In this document: positions 1 through 9,928 of the stretch, piece after piece | Numbering within the stretch: position 1 is the first letter of the stretch | Layout: every line of letters starts with the position of its first letter | DNA from: an uncultured Rubripirellula sp. | GTDB lineage: Bacteria > Planctomycetota > Planctomycetia > Pirellulales > Pirellulaceae | NCBI GenBank assembly: GCA_938085445.1 | Contig: CALKGR010000001.1 | Coordinates: 32,001-96,000 of the forward strand | Reading direction: 5' to 3' | Length of the DNA stretch: 64,000 nucleotides | Made by a program: the position numbers and the translations under genes | The notes under the pieces: model-generated | The model's database searches: none | The model's input: only the letters and a program-made list of their open reading frames with translations | What the model was told of the DNA's origin: nothing

Positions 1-69
1 AACCCACTGGGCGGCTGTTCCCTGCTCTCAAAACACAATCGATCTTCGCGATTATGCTCAACCAGGGTG

Positions 70-1851
70 TCACATATCCCCACTTAGTTCCATCCATTTC
101 TCTTCGCACAGATTCAGCTCCTCCGAGATTTCGGTAAGTTGCTGATGCAGGCGAACAGCCTCCTCTGGGTCCGTTTCCGAGAGCAATTTTTCGTTGATTC
201 CCCGCTTTTCATCATCCAGCCGCGCGATCTTCTTTTCAAGATTTTTCAGTTCTTTTTCAGCACGCCGCTGATCTCGCTGAGCTTTGCGGTAATCTCCCAC
301 GCCTCCCTTAGCAACGGGGCCACCCGACGCACCTTTGACTTTCCCCGTACGTTCCCGTTCTCCATCATCAATCTCTTTTTCAACTGACTCCAGATACGTC
401 TGATAATTGCCGAAATAATTCTTCACACTCCCATCACGCACCTCGATCACGCTGGTGGCTACTCGCTGCATGAAGTGCCTATCGTGACTCGTGAATACGA
501 CCGTGCCCTTGTACAACTCCAATGCTTCGGCCAACGCTTCAACAGTTTCCACATCGAGGTGGTTTCCGGGTTCGTCAAGCACGAGCACATTAGCGGTTCC
601 CAGCAACAAGCCAGCCATGCACAGCCGCGCCCGTTCTCCCCCACTGAGCACCTTGATTTTCTTTTGGATATGCTCATCACGAAATAACAGAGCCCCTGCC
701 ATCGCCAACAGATCCTGTCGCGTCGTATCGCTATCAGAAGAATACTCAAGTTGTTCAAGCACAGTCAGACGTTCATCGAGACTGCTGTAAACGTGTTGGG
801 CGTAGGTTCCTATTTCAACTCCATAGCCCCACTTCATTTGGCCACCCAACGCATCGAGCGAATGAACAAGAGTTCGCAAAAGCGTAGTCTTACCCTGCCC
901 ATTGTCACCCACAATCGCCGCCCGCTCACCGTGCTCAATTTCGAGCGTAATCTGATCAGCTACCACATGGTTTGGATACCCGATCGACATCCCATCGCAT
1001 CGCACAGCGGTACCCTGCCTCGGGTTCACGCGAGGTGCCCGGATATGTACCGTTGGCTCATCAACCTCAAGTTCCGTCGTCTGAAGTTTCTCCAGTTGCT
1101 TTGCTTTACTCCTCGCCTGACTGGCTGTTGATGCATTGGCGCGATTCTTCTCAATGAACTTTTGAAGTTGTTTTTGCTTGGCGATGACAGTCGCATTCAC
1201 CCGCCGATCGTGCTCCCGTCGCTCTTCACGATATTCAAGGAATGGATCAATTTTACCAGGGTACATTGTCAGCTTGCCGCGAGACAATTCCAGCGTTTGC
1301 GAACAGGTGGCAGCAAGGAACGAGCGATCATGGCTGACGATCAGGGCCGCTTTGTTAAAGTCCCTGAGGAAATGTTCCAATAGGATTTGCGTTCGCAGAT
1401 CGAGAAAGTTGGTTGGCTCATCAAGCATCAACAAGTTGGGGTCCTTGAGCAGCAATGCCGCCAATTTGACACGGGTCTGCCAACCACCGGAAAGTGATTT
1501 CACCGGCCCCTCCAAATAGGCCCCCTTTAACTCAAATTGCCCAGCCACCTCCCCACATCGCCAATCCGGCTCATTGCTGTCCCTCATCAGGAAATCAAGT
1601 GCAGATTCGCCCGGCTGAAACGGGTCATGTTGCCTCAGGTAACCAATGCGGAGCGACGGATGATGGACAACGTCACCTTTTTCTAGCTCTTCTTCGCCCA
1701 ACAGGACCTTAAGCAAGGTCGATTTTCCAGCCCCATTTCGTCCGATGAAGCCCACTTTGACATCATCCACCAGCGATAACTCGGCATCGTCCAGCACGAG
1801 CTGGTCAGCGAACCTTTTTTGTGCGTCACGAACTTGAATCAATACGGCCAT
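70..1851 (-). CDS. ABC-F family ATP-binding cassette protein (ribosome-associated)
   Basis: Two ABC domains (GRNGAGKST/LSGGW/LMLDEPTN and GDNGQGKTT/LSGGE/LVLDEPGN), no TM segments, C-terminal coiled coil. Start moved to MAVLIQ at 1851. Confidence 0.92.
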   Translation of the reverse strand: MAVLIQVRDAQKRFADQLVLDDAELSLVDDVKVGFIGRNGAGKSTLLKVLLGEEELEKGDVVHHPSLRIGYLRQHDPFQPGESALDFLMRDSNEPDWRCGEVAGQFELKGAYLEGPVKSLSGGWQTRVKLAALLLKDPNLLMLDEPTNFLDLRTQILLEHFLRDFNKAALIVSHDRSFLAATCSQTLELSRGKLTMYPGKIDPFLEYREERREHDRRVNATVIAKQKQLQKFIEKNRANASTASQARSKAKQLEKLQTTELEVDEPTVHIRAPRVNPRQGTAVRCDGMSIGYPNHVVADQITLEIEHGERAAIVGDNGQGKTTLLRTLVHSLDALGGQMKWGYGVEIGTYAQHVYSSLDERLTVLEQLEYSSDSDTTRQDLLAMAGALLFRDEHIQKKIKVLSGGERARLCMAGLLLGTANVLVLDEPGNHLDVETVEALAEALELYKGTVVFTSHDRHFMQRVATSVIEVRDGSVKNYFGNYQTYLESVEKEIDDGERERTGKVKGASGGPVAKGGVGDYRKAQRDQRRAEKELKNLEKKIARLDDEKRGINEKLLSETDPEEAVRLHQQLTEISEELNLCEEKWMELSGDM

Positions 1852-2159
1852 CGAATCCATCAACCGGAAGTCGGAAAAGAAAAATGCCACTCTCTGGCAG
1901 GCCTCAAACTTACCACCCGTGGCGGAGACCAGAAATGCCACAACACAAACAGTTTTCGGGTAAATCTGCTAACGAAAGTTCCACTGAGCCGCTACCACAC
2001 CCGATGGTAATTCTTTAAATTGCATGCAGCTCAGGTGAACCCCAGCCCGTCACGGGGGTTCAAACCATTACCAACCGCATCTGATCCTTGAGCAGATCGT
2101 CCCCCGATCGATGATCTAGCTGCACGAATCGGCCCACTTTCATTGGCCCTGCCGTCACC

Positions 2160-4946
2160 ATGAAAAGCTACAGCTTGGACTACATCGATGATTTGTACGT
2201 CCAGTACGTTCGCGATCCCACCAGCGTTTCAGAAAACTGGCGAAAGTATTTTGAACAGTTTCTCGTTGGAAGTGGCAGCACCAGCAAAAACAGGCCATCG
2301 GCCGAGGGAGCCGGTAGTACCAAAACCAGTGGTAATGACAAAGGCGAGGGCTCCACGAACGACTCCGCCGCGCAAGCTCTGTGGCTCGCCCGAATTCAGG
2401 ATCGAGTTAACAACCTGGTGCGTGAATACCGCGTTCGGGGTCACTTGGTAGCCAATCTGGACCCATTGGGTTTCGACAGGCCAGATAGTCCCGAATTGAA
2501 TCCGAACGTCTACGGACTAAATCAGGAAGATCTGATTCGTCCCTTCAACGGCGTCTCCGTCGAGACAGAACTCGGTGGCACAATTGATGCCATCCTGACC
2601 CGCTTACGAAATACCTATTGCCGGAGCATTGGTGCACAATTCATGCACATCGACCGGCGCAATATCCGTGATTGGCTGCAACGCCGCATGGAAACCACCG
2701 AAAATCGGCTTGAATTGTCGCACGATGTACAAAGGCGAATTTACGCCAGACTCGCAGACGCGACCATCTTCGAAGAATTCGTGCGTCGTAAGTTTGTCGG
2801 TGCCAAAACGTTCTCGCTCGAGGGCGCAGAGACCCTGATCCCAATGCTCGACCTCGCCTTGGAAAAAGCGTCACAGCACAATGTGAAGGAAGTTGTGATG
2901 GGCATGGCCCATCGTGGCCGCCTCAACGTGATGGCTAACATCCTCAAGAAACGGGCCATGAACATATTCTGGTCCTTTGACGATCCCAATCCGGAAATGA
3001 ACCGCGGTGGCGGCGATGTCCGTTACCACCTGGGCTACAGCAGCGATTGGACTACGGCCTCAGGGGATAATCTTCATATCTCACTGTGTTTCAACCCAAG
3101 CCATCTCGAATTCGTCAATACAGTTGCTCAAGGTCGAACCCGGTGCAAACAGGATCGCCGCCGTGATGAGCAAAGACAGGAGGTAATGACCATCCTGATC
3201 CATGGCGACGCAGCGTTTGCAGGCGAGGGAGTGGTGCAGGAAACCCTCAACCTCAGCGAACTACAAGGTTACAAGACGGGTGGCACGCTGCACATTGTGA
3301 TCAATAATCAGGTTGGTTTCACCACTGAGCCGGACGAGGGACGCAGCACAACCTACGCCACCGACATCGCAAAAATGCTTCAGATCCCCATTTTTCACGT
3401 TAATGGTGAAGATCCTGAAGCAGTTGCCCAAGTGGTTTCATTGGCAATGGATTTTAGAAAGGAATTTCAGCGGGATGTCGTGATCGACCTCTACGCATTC
3501 CGCAGATGGGGACACAACGAAGGGGATGAACCTCGTTTCACCCAACCTCGCATGTACGCTGAAATCGATCGCCGAGCCAGTGTGCGAGAACAGTACCTGA
3601 ACCGACTCCTTGAACTGGGAAAAATCAGTTCCGAAGAAGCAGAAGAAATTCAGCAAGAAAGAACGGAAAAGCTGGAGTCGGAATTTGCAGCTAGTAAGAA
3701 TGAACCCTTTGTCCCAGACACTCAAACCCTTGCGGCCAACTGGAGTGACTACTTCGGAGGCCCGGAACCGGCGGAAGATACCCCTACGGGCTACGACACA
3801 GGAAAGCTTTCCAAACTACTGGATTCGTTGACACGACTTCCGGAAAATTTTTCTGCAAACAAGAAACTCAAACGCCCCATGACACAACGGAGGGAGATGG
3901 CCGAGGGCAAACATCCCCTCGACTGGGCGAGTGCCGAGGCAGCAGCCTTTGCCTCCCTACTTACTGACGGCCATCCAATTCGGATGACAGGTCAAGACTG
4001 CCAACGCGGTACGTTCAGCCAACGGCACGCTGTGCTACATGACACAAAGGATGGAAGCACCTACACACCGCTGGCCAATCTTAGCACTGATCAAGCCAGA
4101 CTTGAGCTTTACAACAGTCCACTAAGCGAGGCTGGTGTTCTCGGTTTTGAATATGGATACTCATTGGATAGCCCCGATGGCTTGGTTGTCTGGGAAGCCC
4201 AGTTCGGTGATTTCTGGAATTGCGCCCAAGTGATAGTCGATCAATTCATCGCCAGTGCAGAAGATAAATGGAATCGGCTCAGCGGTTTGGTGATGTTGCT
4301 TCCGCACGGTTTTGAAGGCCAAGGGCCAGAACACTGCAGTGCCCGTGTTGAACGATTTCTGGCTATGGCGGCAGAGCACAACATTCAGGTCTGTCAGCCG
4401 ACCACACCCGCTCAGTATTTCCACCTGCTGCGTCGCCAAGTCATCCGCAAATGGAAAAAACCACTGGTGGTATTATCACCCAAAAGTCTGCTCCGACATC
4501 CCCGCGTGATCAGTCGATTGTCAGATTTGACCGAGGGCACGTTCCGAAAAGTCTTGCCGGATGAAGATGTGTCCCTCGAGCATGCCGATCGTTTGATCCT
4601 GTGTACCGGAAAGGTCTACTATGACCTGATCGAGGCTCGCGAGGAAAAGAAACTGAGCAATGTCGCGATCATGAGAATCGAACAACTCTACCCGCTCAGC
4701 GTAAAAGAACTGCTGGCATCAGTAAATGGATTTTCAGCAGGCAAGCCCGTTTACTGGGTTCAGGAAGAGCCGACCAACATGGGCGCTTGGCCGTACATTA
4801 AGCAAACCTTCAGCGACGACTTATCAGAGAAATATAACCTTAAGCGTGTAAGCCGCGTTGAATCGGCCAGTCCCAGCACTGGCAGCATGGCGGCACACAA
4901 ACTGGAACAGGCTGAACTGATCGACGAGGCCTTGGCAGACCTCTAG
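2160..4946 (+). CDS. sucA: 2-oxoglutarate dehydrogenase E1 component
   Basis: FSLEGAE, GMAHRGRLN, NPSHLE, TPP-binding HGDAAFAGEG...NNQVGFTT, WEAQFGDF, LLPHGFEGQGPEH; 928 aa. Confidence 0.97.
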   Translation: MKSYSLDYIDDLYVQYVRDPTSVSENWRKYFEQFLVGSGSTSKNRPSAEGAGSTKTSGNDKGEGSTNDSAAQALWLARIQDRVNNLVREYRVRGHLVANLDPLGFDRPDSPELNPNVYGLNQEDLIRPFNGVSVETELGGTIDAILTRLRNTYCRSIGAQFMHIDRRNIRDWLQRRMETTENRLELSHDVQRRIYARLADATIFEEFVRRKFVGAKTFSLEGAETLIPMLDLALEKASQHNVKEVVMGMAHRGRLNVMANILKKRAMNIFWSFDDPNPEMNRGGGDVRYHLGYSSDWTTASGDNLHISLCFNPSHLEFVNTVAQGRTRCKQDRRRDEQRQEVMTILIHGDAAFAGEGVVQETLNLSELQGYKTGGTLHIVINNQVGFTTEPDEGRSTTYATDIAKMLQIPIFHVNGEDPEAVAQVVSLAMDFRKEFQRDVVIDLYAFRRWGHNEGDEPRFTQPRMYAEIDRRASVREQYLNRLLELGKISSEEAEEIQQERTEKLESEFAASKNEPFVPDTQTLAANWSDYFGGPEPAEDTPTGYDTGKLSKLLDSLTRLPENFSANKKLKRPMTQRREMAEGKHPLDWASAEAAAFASLLTDGHPIRMTGQDCQRGTFSQRHAVLHDTKDGSTYTPLANLSTDQARLELYNSPLSEAGVLGFEYGYSLDSPDGLVVWEAQFGDFWNCAQVIVDQFIASAEDKWNRLSGLVMLLPHGFEGQGPEHCSARVERFLAMAAEHNIQVCQPTTPAQYFHLLRRQVIRKWKKPLVVLSPKSLLRHPRVISRLSDLTEGTFRKVLPDEDVSLEHADRLILCTGKVYYDLIEAREEKKLSNVAIMRIEQLYPLSVKELLASVNGFSAGKPVYWVQEEPTNMGAWPYIKQTFSDDLSEKYNLKRVSRVESASPSTGSMAAHKLEQAELIDEALADL

Positions 4947-4954
4947 AGCCCGTT

Positions 4955-6643
4955 TTATTCAGTGTTTTCGCGGAGTCGGTCAAAGTACTGCTGAGCGTGC
5001 TCTCGCTCGGCTCTCGGTAGCGTTTGATTTTCGCTGGCGTCGATCTTATCAGGCTGTGATCCCTGTATGGCCTGCTTGATGTCTTCACGGGTGATACCTT
5101 TCCGATTTGGACCATCGGCAAAACCCGTGATCACGGCCTTTCCTTTCTTTACTTGCCCTCGTACCTGCGTTTCATAGGTATTGGTATCCGTCTCCGACTC
5201 AGGTCGGTCACCTTGTCCCGTGCCACGACCAAGCCCGTCACCCTGACCTTGCCCATCACCCTGACCTTGTCCCTGACCTTGTCCCTGACCATTACCCTGA
5301 CCCTGACCCTGACACTCTTTACATCCGCCGCCTTCACATTGTTGACAACGCATCTGACTCTTGGATTCCGAGAGAGAATCAAGTGCTGAATCCAGATCTT
5401 CCAATTCTGACATTTCCTGCTGCATCTGGCCTAACTGATCAGACATCTGCTGCAGTGCATCAGCAGCTTGGCTGGCATCACCATTTTCACATGCTTCTGC
5501 GGCATTCTTCATGGACTCTGCCATTTGTTTCATATTCTGCATTTGTGAATTCTTCTGCTGCATCTGATTCAACTTCTGTTGCATCTTCGCAGCATCACCA
5601 CTGCGTCCTTCTCGACGCGCCTGCTCGATCTGATCTTTCAGCTTTTGTTCTTTCTGCTTGTGCTCTTTGACCGCGTTGTCAAGCGCCGTCTGCATTTGCT
5701 GAACTTGCTTCTTCAGCTGTTCTTTCTCCGCCTCACTTAGCTGACCTTGACGCATCTTTTCCGCAAGGTCTTTCACCATATCTTTTGCTTTCGCCAGATT
5801 CCCCTGCTCAATCGCCTTTGCGACCTTGTCACCAGGACCGGCTTCCAAGCCCTTCATTTGCGACAACGCGCGTTTCATCTGCTCCGTGGACCCAAGCTGG
5901 CTGCGACGTTCTTCAAGTTGCTTTTTCAAGTCGTTCATCTCGATCATGGCATCCTTGCGATTCATATCGCTAGCCTTGGTAATTTTGTCGAGCTGGGACT
6001 CCATTTTCTTAAACATGTCCTCCGCTTCTTTCAGACCCTCTGCCTCAGCCTTTCGACGCTGCTGCTGGATTCTCTTTTTTAGTTTGGATGCAGCGGTTAG
6101 CACTTGCTTCACTTCTGTCTTGTCGACTTTAGGCGTCGTGCTGGCGCTGGTCTCGCTCATTGGCTCAGCCAACATCAAAACAACGACCAGCACGGGAACC
6201 ATCGACATAGGTAGCCAACCGATTTTAGTGGGCTTGATTCTGAACTTCTGGGCGACATCGACCTTGGCGGCTTTCTTATCAGCATCGGCAAGGAGTGCTA
6301 AACCGAAGTCACTATCACGATCAACCTCAGTCATTGAGATTGAGCTACTCAGTCTTTCACGCAACCCAAAACGCCTATCCAATTCAGCTGCAACTGCCTC
6401 AACCGACGGAGCCTTGGCAAAAGCATAGATCCCAGCGGCAACGAATGCTGCGACCAGACATCCGCCAATCCAGCTGTAATTCCAGGTACGAACATCTACA
6501 TCCATGAACCAAATCGCTGGCAGTGCAATGGCAACAATTGCGATCAACAAACCAGCGAAAAGAGCAACGCAAAACGCCTGTCCAAAATGCCCAAGAACCA
6601 AGCGACGGCGAGCACTGCGAACTTTGACTTCGATACGATTCAT
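4955..6643 (-). CDS. Membrane-anchored coiled-coil protein with Cys cluster and Gly/Gln low-complexity tail
   Basis: 562-aa ORF with three N-terminal hydrophobic segments, a long Q/K/E/M coiled coil, CQQCEGGGCKEC, then (GQ)n. Confidence 0.8.
   Translation of the reverse strand: MNRIEVKVRSARRRLVLGHFGQAFCVALFAGLLIAIVAIALPAIWFMDVDVRTWNYSWIGGCLVAAFVAAGIYAFAKAPSVEAVAAELDRRFGLRERLSSSISMTEVDRDSDFGLALLADADKKAAKVDVAQKFRIKPTKIGWLPMSMVPVLVVVLMLAEPMSETSASTTPKVDKTEVKQVLTAASKLKKRIQQQRRKAEAEGLKEAEDMFKKMESQLDKITKASDMNRKDAMIEMNDLKKQLEERRSQLGSTEQMKRALSQMKGLEAGPGDKVAKAIEQGNLAKAKDMVKDLAEKMRQGQLSEAEKEQLKKQVQQMQTALDNAVKEHKQKEQKLKDQIEQARREGRSGDAAKMQQKLNQMQQKNSQMQNMKQMAESMKNAAEACENGDASQAADALQQMSDQLGQMQQEMSELEDLDSALDSLSESKSQMRCQQCEGGGCKECQGQGQGNGQGQGQGQGQGDGQGQGDGLGRGTGQGDRPESETDTNTYETQVRGQVKKGKAVITGFADGPNRKGITREDIKQAIQGSQPDKIDASENQTLPRAEREHAQQYFDRLRENTE
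5240..5311 (-). repeat. 6-bp period coding tandem repeat encoding (GQ)n
   Basis: ccctga/ccttgt units on the + strand; protein QGQGQGNGQGQGQGQGQGDGQGQG. Confidence 0.8.
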
Positions 6644-6863
6644 TGTTTCGATCCTGAGAATGCATGGAGAACCGGGGTTTCACCGCTCCCGCTGATAGCC
6701 TGATAACTGCCTGCCCATGTAAAAAACAAGCGGCAAAGAGCTCTGGCTAATCTGTTTAATTATCGTACAATTAGTATACGAGGCTTGACCTCGGTTTTTT
6801 GAGGGCGAAAGTTCCCGTTTTTGAGAATTGACAGCGATTACGCGCTTTTTAGACGAAAATTTC

Positions 6864-7292
6864 ATGAGTCAACGCAACGAACTGCCCGATCCAGACAAAT
6901 TTCCCGACGCGGATGTCGTGATTTTTGATGGACAGTGCAACTTTTGCAAATCGCAAATAAGGGCACTACAACGTCTCAATTGCTGTGGAAATCGACTCAC
7001 ATTTATCTCGCTTCATGACCCAAGAGTCGCAGAGAAGTACCCGGACCTGACCCATGAGATGATGATGGCGCAGATGTACGTGGTAAGTCAGGCGGGAAGT
7101 CGGCACGGTGGTTCCGACGCGGTTCGATACCTCACCCGTCGCCTTCCCACTCTGTGGCTGGCGGCTCCCTTGCTGCATCTACCGGGTACAGCACGTTTGT
7201 GGCGGTGGCTGTACCAACAAGTCGCCAAACGACGCTACAAAATTGCTGGGAAATCCTGCGATGGTGACGCATGTAGCGTTCACTTTGATTGA
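6864..7292 (+). CDS. DCC family thiol-disulfide oxidoreductase (DUF393-like)
   Basis: N-terminal IFDGQCNFC (DxxCxxC) and C-terminal LYQQVAKRRY typical of the family; start at MSQRNE. Confidence 0.85.
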   Translation: MSQRNELPDPDKFPDADVVIFDGQCNFCKSQIRALQRLNCCGNRLTFISLHDPRVAEKYPDLTHEMMMAQMYVVSQAGSRHGGSDAVRYLTRRLPTLWLAAPLLHLPGTARLWRWLYQQVAKRRYKIAGKSCDGDACSVHFD

Positions 7293-7506
7293 CCGCACTC
7301 GCTGATGGCTTCTACAGTTGTTGCACAGACGAGTCGGGAAAAAACTAACTCGCCTGCACTGACTTCCATCCCTTGAGACTAGGCAACCAAAGGCATGCCA
7401 AGATCACGCACTAATGATGACGGAAGCTCGGGCCGTGGACCACGAGAGTTGACATTGAACCGGACAGAGCTGAATTCAAGTTCTTACCAACAAGGTAACG
7501 CCAGAT

Positions 7507-8307
7507 TTAGGCAAACCAGTTGACGGCATTTTGAAACATGACCATGCCATCGCCATATTCCGGTTGTTCGCTGCGGCGTGTCCAAGTGGGATGCTGAGTA
7601 GCATCAATGTGTCGTTCAGGATGGGGCATCAGACCGAATACCCGCCCACTAGCATCACAAACACCAGCGACGTTTGCATCAGCTCCATTAGGATTATGGG
7701 GAAAGGGAAGGACGTCATCCTGAACAGCACCCTGCTCTCCCTCGGCATATCGAATCGCCAGTCTACCTTGCTCGCGAAGCTGGTCCAGAATCTCCGGTTC
7801 AGCTGCTACAAACTTGCCTTCAGCGTGAGCCATTGGCAGATACATCCGCTCGACACCCTGCAGGAAAACACAAGGGGTTTTATCAACAGACAGGTGGACC
7901 CATCGATCTTCGAACCGACCGTGGTTGTTCCAAGTCAAAGTTGCCGGTGTCACATCCGCGCCACCAACACCCTCCGTTAATACACCAAGACGCATCAATA
8001 CCTGCATACCGTTGCAAATACCGAGGACCAATCGATCTCCGTTTCCGTGCACGAATTCCTGCACCAGATCCGCGAGATGCTGACGCAGTCTCGTCGCCAA
8101 GATTCTCCCGGCTGCAATATCATCGCCGTAGCTGAAACCACCAGGGACGCAGAGTACCTGATACCGATCTTTCAGTGCAGGATTTTCGATCAGGCGATTC
8201 ACATGCACCCGCTCTACTGACGCTCCGGCTCGCTCAAAGGCAAACCCCGTCTCTTCATCACAATTCGTTCCGGGTGCACGAAGGACCAAAACTCTGGGAG
8301 AAGTCAT
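7507..8307 (-). CDS. purQ: Phosphoribosylformylglycinamidine synthase, glutamine amidotransferase subunit
   Basis: PGTNCD, PGGFSYGD, GICNG (catalytic Cys), AHAEG, NPNG, GLMPHPER. Confidence 0.95.
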   Translation of the reverse strand: MTSPRVLVLRAPGTNCDEETGFAFERAGASVERVHVNRLIENPALKDRYQVLCVPGGFSYGDDIAAGRILATRLRQHLADLVQEFVHGNGDRLVLGICNGMQVLMRLGVLTEGVGGADVTPATLTWNNHGRFEDRWVHLSVDKTPCVFLQGVERMYLPMAHAEGKFVAAEPEILDQLREQGRLAIRYAEGEQGAVQDDVLPFPHNPNGADANVAGVCDASGRVFGLMPHPERHIDATQHPTWTRRSEQPEYGDGMVMFQNAVNWFA

Positions 8308-8482
8308 TTCAGATCACTTAGGTCGCTGGTCTGGTAGTACGTCTGGTAGATCGCTGATTTGGGCGAGATTGGAAGTTTAGACCGCCAGTGGCCAATTGAG
8401 AACCACGTATCCCACAAGCCCTATGGATGCGTTAACCCCAACGATGCAATCATAACCGCGAAGCAACGGCAAGATCGGTTGT

Positions 8483-9928
8483 TCAACTGGTTGAATCCAG
8501 CTTGATTTGCAAGCGACCATGCAAACTGTCCCAGCCAACGACCATCCCTCTGCCCGTCCAAACACCCCTGCCCAATTGCTCGAACTCATCTCCCAAATCA
8601 TGGGGCACATACAGCACCAAAGGGAGCGTTGGGTCAGGATAGCGTGCCCATACGGCATACCCACCCTTATAAACATGAGGATCCTCATCGCCAGCGTATA
8701 GCAAGCGTCGTTCAACTTGGGCCTCGATGGTGAAGGAAAGCCCCGTCACGGCATCAACCACCATTTCAAGCTGGTCACGATCATTCCGAACAGCCCAAAC
8801 CTGGGCAACGGTCTCTACAAATGTCACACCTTCAGCCATCACAGAGTTCGAATTTTCTGTGACTGAGTCCTCAGATTGCGATTGTTCGTGAGCAAGCTGA
8901 CCTGACGCCATCGTTACGCCTTCGCCTGATTGATCACTTCCTGATCCAAGACGTTTCTCATCAGCTGGCACGATGTAAATCGACTTGTCTTTTCTCCAGT
9001 CTGGCCATCTGGGAATATCCACCTCGACTTCAATCGACCAAATCAACGAATTGTCCGTGAGCTTGACAGATAGCGCCGCATCCTCTGGTATTTGAAAAGA
9101 GAAAGGACAACGATTCTCAGTCCCAGCCTGAAGGGTAGTATTCGATTGAAGCTCTTGTATCTGGTCGAAAATTACATTCTTGTGGGTTCTTCTATTGGAT
9201 CCACTTCCACTGACACAAACTTCAGTTGCTCTCAACGCTACCGTAATTGCGTTTGGCACCACGGTCTTTCTTGTTTGTGTGATGAACTCACCAACAAGCT
9301 CACTACCCGGTGCCAAAGTATCTTCCTGAATATAGAAATTGGGTGTGCCAAGTAGGTACCTCGGAAGAAACTTTTGCTTCAACCAGAAGACGGCCGCAGC
9401 TAACCCAACAAAACTCAGTACCCCTAGCCCGATCCAACCTGTTAATAGTAACTGCGGTACGCAAAATGCGGCAACAAGCACCATGCCGATGATCTGGGGC
9501 ATCTTTGATTTCTTAAAAATCTGGCCAACTTCTTCAGCATGCCAACTCGGTAACTGAGTCACCCGCACCATAAAAGGTGTTGCTGCTTTGGGATCAAATG
9601 CCCAAGGTATTTTGGCTTTTGCTTCAACGTAGTGATCAATGGAAAGAAACTTTCCGTGATAAGTCTGCGGCCAATCCCCAGCAGACAAAGAGAATCGATA
9701 TTCATACTTCGTTCCCTGCGTCCACTGACCTGAAAACACCGTCGTCTCTTCCGCGGGACCACTGGTAACATTCCCCCGACCATGCGTCTTCCAGCCTGTC
9801 GACAGCACCAAGCCAGTACATTTGACGGTGGAGTCCACCTTGACATGCACGACACCCTGAACCTTTTCACCCTCGTGATAGACCCGATTCGGTTCATCCA
9901 ATTCAATTGACAAATCACATTTCGCCAT
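8483..9928 (-). CDS. Membrane protein with two arrestin_N/Spo0M-like beta-sandwich domains
   Basis: Domain 1 has VYHEGEKVQGVVHV...YEYRFSL...PQTYHGK...IDHYVEAKAKIPWAFD, followed by two TM helices. Domain 2 has LAPGSELVGEF...PFSFQIP...IWSIEVEVDIPRWPD. Start moved to MAKCDL. Confidence 0.65.
   Translation of the reverse strand: MAKCDLSIELDEPNRVYHEGEKVQGVVHVKVDSTVKCTGLVLSTGWKTHGRGNVTSGPAEETTVFSGQWTQGTKYEYRFSLSAGDWPQTYHGKFLSIDHYVEAKAKIPWAFDPKAATPFMVRVTQLPSWHAEEVGQIFKKSKMPQIIGMVLVAAFCVPQLLLTGWIGLGVLSFVGLAAAVFWLKQKFLPRYLLGTPNFYIQEDTLAPGSELVGEFITQTRKTVVPNAITVALRATEVCVSGSGSNRRTHKNVIFDQIQELQSNTTLQAGTENRCPFSFQIPEDAALSVKLTDNSLIWSIEVEVDIPRWPDWRKDKSIYIVPADEKRLGSGSDQSGEGVTMASGQLAHEQSQSEDSVTENSNSVMAEGVTFVETVAQVWAVRNDRDQLEMVVDAVTGLSFTIEAQVERRLLYAGDEDPHVYKGGYAVWARYPDPTLPLVLYVPHDLGDEFEQLGRGVWTGRGMVVGWDSLHGRLQIKLDSTS

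Noticed and set aside
8329..8349. GTCTGGTAG direct repeat upstream of purQ
   Set aside because: Only 9 bp in two copies, with no supporting context.
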